Shown: one piece after another, positions 47,401-51,545 of the stretch
Numbering within the stretch: position 1 is the stretch's first letter
Layout of the letters: every line of letters begins with the position of its first letter
Source of the DNA: Chiloscyllium plagiosum
Lineage: Eukaryota
Reading direction: 5' to 3'
DNA: 51,545 nucleotides
Assembly (NCBI RefSeq): GCF_004010195.1
Contig: NC_057719.1
Span: 18,381,438 to 18,432,982 of the forward strand
Translations under genes and position numbers: made by a program
The notes under the pieces: generated by a model
What the model was told of the DNA's origin: nothing
The model's input: only the letters and a program-made list of their open reading frames with translations
Database searches by the model: none

Positions 47401-49420
47401 ACTACAGAGGCAGTAAATGAATTATGTAAGTTTTTTTTCACTTTAAACACATACAAACACTTTTTAAAAAAAAAACTAAGGAATCTCATTTTCATTCAGT
47501 AATCCAGCAGCAACTCAATCAATAAAAGCTCTCGAAATGGAATGCAATTATTGTTAACTGATCATCTAGTTTCACTTCTTTTTCCTAATTTTGGGTTGAT
47601 CAGAAAGCCAGGTAAATTCAGCTATGAGAGTTTGGGGAAATCCCCCCAAAAGTCTGAATCATTGTAACCAGAGAATATAGTAATAAAAGAATATTGTAGG
47701 CAACTATTAACTAATTAATTGACGTGAATTTCTCACTCCCTTCACACAGTCTAATGATAAGACGTGTTGAGGTACAAAGTGAATTCTGCCCTCAATGGTT
47801 CATCACCACTCCCTCCCACTTACTCCACAGACTTCTGTTCTGCTGCCTGGACATGATGTGGATGATTAGAAACTCTCATATGGTAAGAGTATAAGGCAAT
47901 TCTATGAGATTAGTCAGGTGCAACACCTAAGTATTACAGCACGCTACTGTTCATGATAATGTAGCTATAACATTTTGGAATATATTCTTGTGGTACAGAT
48001 TCGTAATTAAACGTTATTGATTGTGATACATATTAATTTGGGAAAAGAGAAAGAGAAAGCGAGACATCCTGCGACTCTTACTGACAGCAATTGCCATTTT
48101 TCTTCCTGATCCTATACAATTAAATACTGACATAGGGCTGTTTGCACTGAAGGGATAGACTGGCAAATTTGCAAACAGCACTTAAAATAAAGGAGCAAAT
48201 TATATTTCATCACATTTGCTGTTAAATTAAGTGCAAGTTTATGCCTTGTCGCGATGGCAGAAGAGCTGATGTTTGAGACCAGGGACAAGCTGTTCCAGTG
48301 TTGGAGGAAGAAGGATTCATCTGTCCACCACCTCAGGCAGTAATAGCAGTGCATAAATATCCTGTCTTTGCAAACTCATACATCTCCAGTATCACTGGTG
48401 TATATCTCACGCCTGTGTACTCATGTAAAAGCGCTGACCAACATCCTGGTCTGTACAGTGGGTGCAATGGGCAGATAACACAGTGTCAATATGTGAGCTA
48501 CATTGACATTTGGAGACTGCCAGTCTCTCTGAACTAGTGTCGACTGCTTTGAGTTTCACTCTTTTTAAAGTGCAGAACTGAATATTAATCACACTGCTTG
48601 CTGTGAAAGGAATAGAGGAGTGCAGTTCTATGTGAGGCAAGCACTCAGGAAACTTTGTTGACTAAAGCTCAAAGCCCCAAATTAATATTTGCAATCATTG
48701 AAGTTTATTTCAAGTACACTTTATTTTCCCCTCACTGCTGGAGTTGTAACTGGCGTCTAAGTTATGTAGGTGACCAGGGATTCCAAATTCTTTAATTTTA
48801 GAAGTGGACTGTTTTGTCAGGGGTAAAAGCAATGTCTGAAGTGGTGGTGATTCATTCCACATTGAACCACTTGCTTCCTAGAACACGGACACTAGCGTTG
48901 AAGATCGGCTGCAACAATTCAGCCAACACTTGTGGCTGGGATTATCAGGGGTGAGACGGAGGGGGACGGCCTGAAGGGAGGTGAGCAAACTGTCTGAGGA
49001 AATTTATTGCACCCTTGTGATCGACATTTTCTAGCCAACCCACAAAGAGGACCATTTGCTGAGTGTCTTGGCAGGGTACAAAAGGTCAATTCCAGGCTTG
49101 TTAAATGTTAAGCCAATCATTGCCAGGCATAAATTAAGTTTGCACACTTCCTCAGTGGGGGAATAATTGAAGACGTTTATCAAAAGTAACGGTTTTTAAC
49201 CCTGCCTGGTGGAAGATTATCCCATATCGCTCCAAAAACTGCAGAGTTTACATTGGAATGTGCAGGCCCGAAGTAATTCTGTACTTATAACATCATATGC
49301 AAATCTTCTGTGGTTACTCGCAGTGATAACATGTACATTTGCACTTTATTATAAAGCCACCCCGGAAGGCCTGTCTCGATTTTACACGTTAAAATTAAGC
49401 TAAAACCAAGATATCTTTTC

Positions 49421-49568
49421 AGAAACAGAAACAGAAACAGAACTTGTTGGAAAAGCTCAGCAGTCTGGCAGCATCTATGATGACAAAGCAGAGTTAACAT
49501 TTCGGGTCCAGTGACCATTCTTCAGAAATTGCTGATTTACAGCATCTGCAGCTCTTTCGGTTTTTTTC
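49421..49568 (-). mobile_element. Penelope-like pseudo-LTR (family B) with short inverted partner
   Basis: The minus strand reads CTGAAGA-at-GGTC-actg-GACC-c-GAAA-TGTTAAC. The + strand follows with GATTTACAGCATCTGCAG terminal sequence. Confidence 0.75.
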
Positions 49569-50044
49569 TTCTTAGAAAGCTTGGGTACAAATTACGGCGA
49601 GTTTATTAAGATCCACTTAAGGGTTACATGTGCCTATTAAATGCAATTATGAACTCAACAGCATAGCCATATGTATTCCCGACCAAGCCCATCAGCAGTA
49701 GTGGGATAGTGGTAATAGAGACTATGGTAACCTTAAGGTAGAATATGAAAGAGTTACAACTGAAGTCTCACGAGATAATAATGACCTTATATAGAACAAT
49801 GAACTCGCTGCCTTGAATATCATTTTGGTCATTATGCTGCAGCATCATCCAGACTTTCGAAGGCACTTATGGAATAATAAGTTAATGTTTATGGTAATGA
49901 TACAGTGACGTATAACGTGACATAACATGGACATCACCAGTCAAGTGCGAGGGTCTGTGAAGAGAGGTGGAATAATCTGTCCAAGAGTGAGATATACACA
50001 TTATGAAGTACAGAGAGTGCTATAGTTTAAAGGGGAGTTGAGGG

Positions 50045-50363
50045 GAGAAATGGTGTCATGGTAATGTCACTGGATTAGTAATTCAGACCCTCAGGCCAGT
50101 ATACTGGGATCATGGATTTAAATCCTATTGTGGCAAATGAAATTGATATAATCCTGGAATAAATATTTAAGGCAGCTAAGTAGCCATGACTGTCAATTGT
50201 TATTGAAAACACATCTGGTTCACTAATGCTTTTTAGGGAAGGGAATTACCTTACAGTGACTCCAGAGCCATAGCAATGACTGGTAACTACTTTCTGAGCA
50301 ATAGCAGGCGGCAATAAATGTTGGTGTCTCCCATATCCTGTGAACAAATCAAGAAAGAATAAA
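50045..50363 (+). mobile_element. tRNA-head/CR1-tail SINE matching both ends of the 23304-25872 LINE
   Basis: Box A-like TGGTGTCATGG, arm CTGGA-TTAGTAA-TTCAG, box B-like GATTTAAATCC, body CTGGTTCACTAATGCTTTTTAGGGAAGG, tail GCAATAAATGTTGG..CCCATATCC. Confidence 0.65.
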
Positions 50364-50380
50364 GGAGAGCTGAAGAAAAG

Positions 50381-50657
50381 GAGGGCATAGGTTTAGGGTG
50401 CGAGGGGAAAGATATAAAAGAGACCTAAGGGGCAACTTTTTCACACAGAGAGTGGTAGGTGTATGGAATGAGAAAGTGGTGGAGGCTGGTACAATTGCAA
50501 CATTTAAGAGGCATTTGGGTGGGTATACGAATAGGAAGGGTTTGGAGGGATATGGGCCGGGTGCTGGCAGGTGGAACTAGATTGGGTTGGGATATCTGGT
50601 CGGCATGGACGGGTTGGACCGATGGGTCTGTTTCCATGTGGTATATCTCTATGACTT
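50381..50657 (+). mobile_element. CR1 LINE 3' end
   Basis: RGHRFRVRGERYKRDLRGNFFTQRVV motif and CR1 tail. Confidence 0.9.
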
Positions 50658-50825
50658 AAATGTTCCTAAATCATTCCAAACGCCAATCGGTAACAGCGTC
50701 AAATAATATAGGTTATAAACCAATCCTGAGGAAGGCCAAGAAAATGATGAAAAAGACGTAGGAACAGAAATATAACCAGAAAAGTTGGAAAACTCAGCAG
50801 GTTTGGCAACATCTGTGAAGAGCAG

Positions 50826-51545
50826 AAAAATGTGTTGCTGGAAAAGTGCAGCAGGTCAGGCAGCTTCCAAGGCGCAGGAGAATCGACGTTTTGGGCATAA
50901 GCCCTTCTTCAGGAATGAGGAGGGTGTGCCAAGCATGCTAAGATAAAAGGTAAGGAGGAGGGACTTGGGGGAGGGGCGTTGGGAATGCGATAGGTGGAAG
51001 GAGGTTAAGGTGAGGGTGATAGGCCGGAGAGGTTGGGAACAACTACTCTTTCCAATCCTCCCACTTCCTCCAAACCAAAGGAGTAGCCATGGACACCCAC
51101 ATGGGCCCCAGCTATGCCTGCCTCTTCGTCAGATATGTGGAACAGTCCATCTTCCGCAGCTACACTGACAACACCCCCCACCTTTTCCTCCGCTACATCG
51201 ATGACTTTATCGGTGCTACCCTCGTGCTCCCATGAGGAGGTTGAACAGTTCATCCACTTTACTAACACCTTCCACCCCAACCTCAAATTTACCTGGACCG
51301 TCTCAGACTCCTCCCTCCCCTTCCTCGACCTCTCCATTTCTATCTCGGGCGACCGACTCAACCCGGACATTTACTATAAACTGACCGACTCCCACAGCTA
51401 CCTAGATTACACCTCCTCACACCCTTCCCCCTGTAAAAACGCCATCCCATATTCCCAATTCCTTCACCTCCGACGCATCTGCTCCCAGGAGGACCAATTC
51501 CAATACTGAACAACCCAGATGGCCTCCTTCTTCAAAGACTGCAAT
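50826..51545 (+). mobile_element. 5'-truncated Penelope-like retroelement with inverted 5' pseudo-LTR (50826-51032); runs off the window
   Basis: The family A pseudo-LTR on the minus strand is joined at about 51033 to + strand RT sequence. It appears inserted into an older family B-like relic (about 50760-50825). Confidence 0.9.
51038..51545 (+). pseudogene. Penelope-like element reverse transcriptase fragment (frameshift near 51220, stop at 51507)
   Basis: NNYSFQSSHFLQTKGVAMDTHMGPSYACLF..FLRYIDDFIG (RYIDD at 51191-51205), then FHPNLKFTW..LPFLDL..YYKLTDSHSYLDYTSSHP..KNAIPYSQFLHLRRICS. Confidence 0.92.

Noticed and set aside
47831..47882. 52-nt + strand exon candidate (CTCCACAG| ... ATG|GTAAGA)
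   Set aside because: Not 3n in length, unrecognised peptide, no supporting context.
1..51545. CRISPR arrays, prokaryotic operons or defence systems, rRNA and snRNA genes
   Set aside because: No regularly spaced repeats, no long intact ORFs and no recognisable structural RNA genes. The sequence is vertebrate repeat-rich DNA.

Overview
Eukaryotic, repeat-dense genomic DNA with one 247-nt N gap. It is almost certainly from a cartilaginous fish (shark), inferred from about 14 HE1/V-SINE copies, CR1/HER1-type LINEs and Deu-domain SINEs. I find no intact protein-coding gene, RNA gene or CRISPR array, so the window reads as intergenic or deep intronic. The long ORFs in the track are LINE or Penelope remnants, antisense frames of SINEs, or artefacts of the N gap. 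Content: many CR1 fragments, L2, Rex1/Babar, a solo LTR, a Tigger-type MITE, a probable Harbinger relic and a Penelope-like element (PLE) RT fragment at the right edge. Three signals stand out. (1) About a dozen short PLE pseudo-LTR insertions of three families carry minimal hammerhead ribozyme motifs. Many are head-to-head hairpins with 10-18 bp target duplications, and their breakpoints cluster at the 5' edge of the ribozyme core. (2) A CR1-group LINE has a tRNA-like head about 380 nt upstream of its endonuclease domain with no visible ORF1, and a matching head+tail SINE is present. (3) A perfect 459-bp inverted duplication has junctions typical of a templated insertion. All family names come from motif recognition by eye, not database searches, and boundaries of old repeats are approximate (tens of nt).
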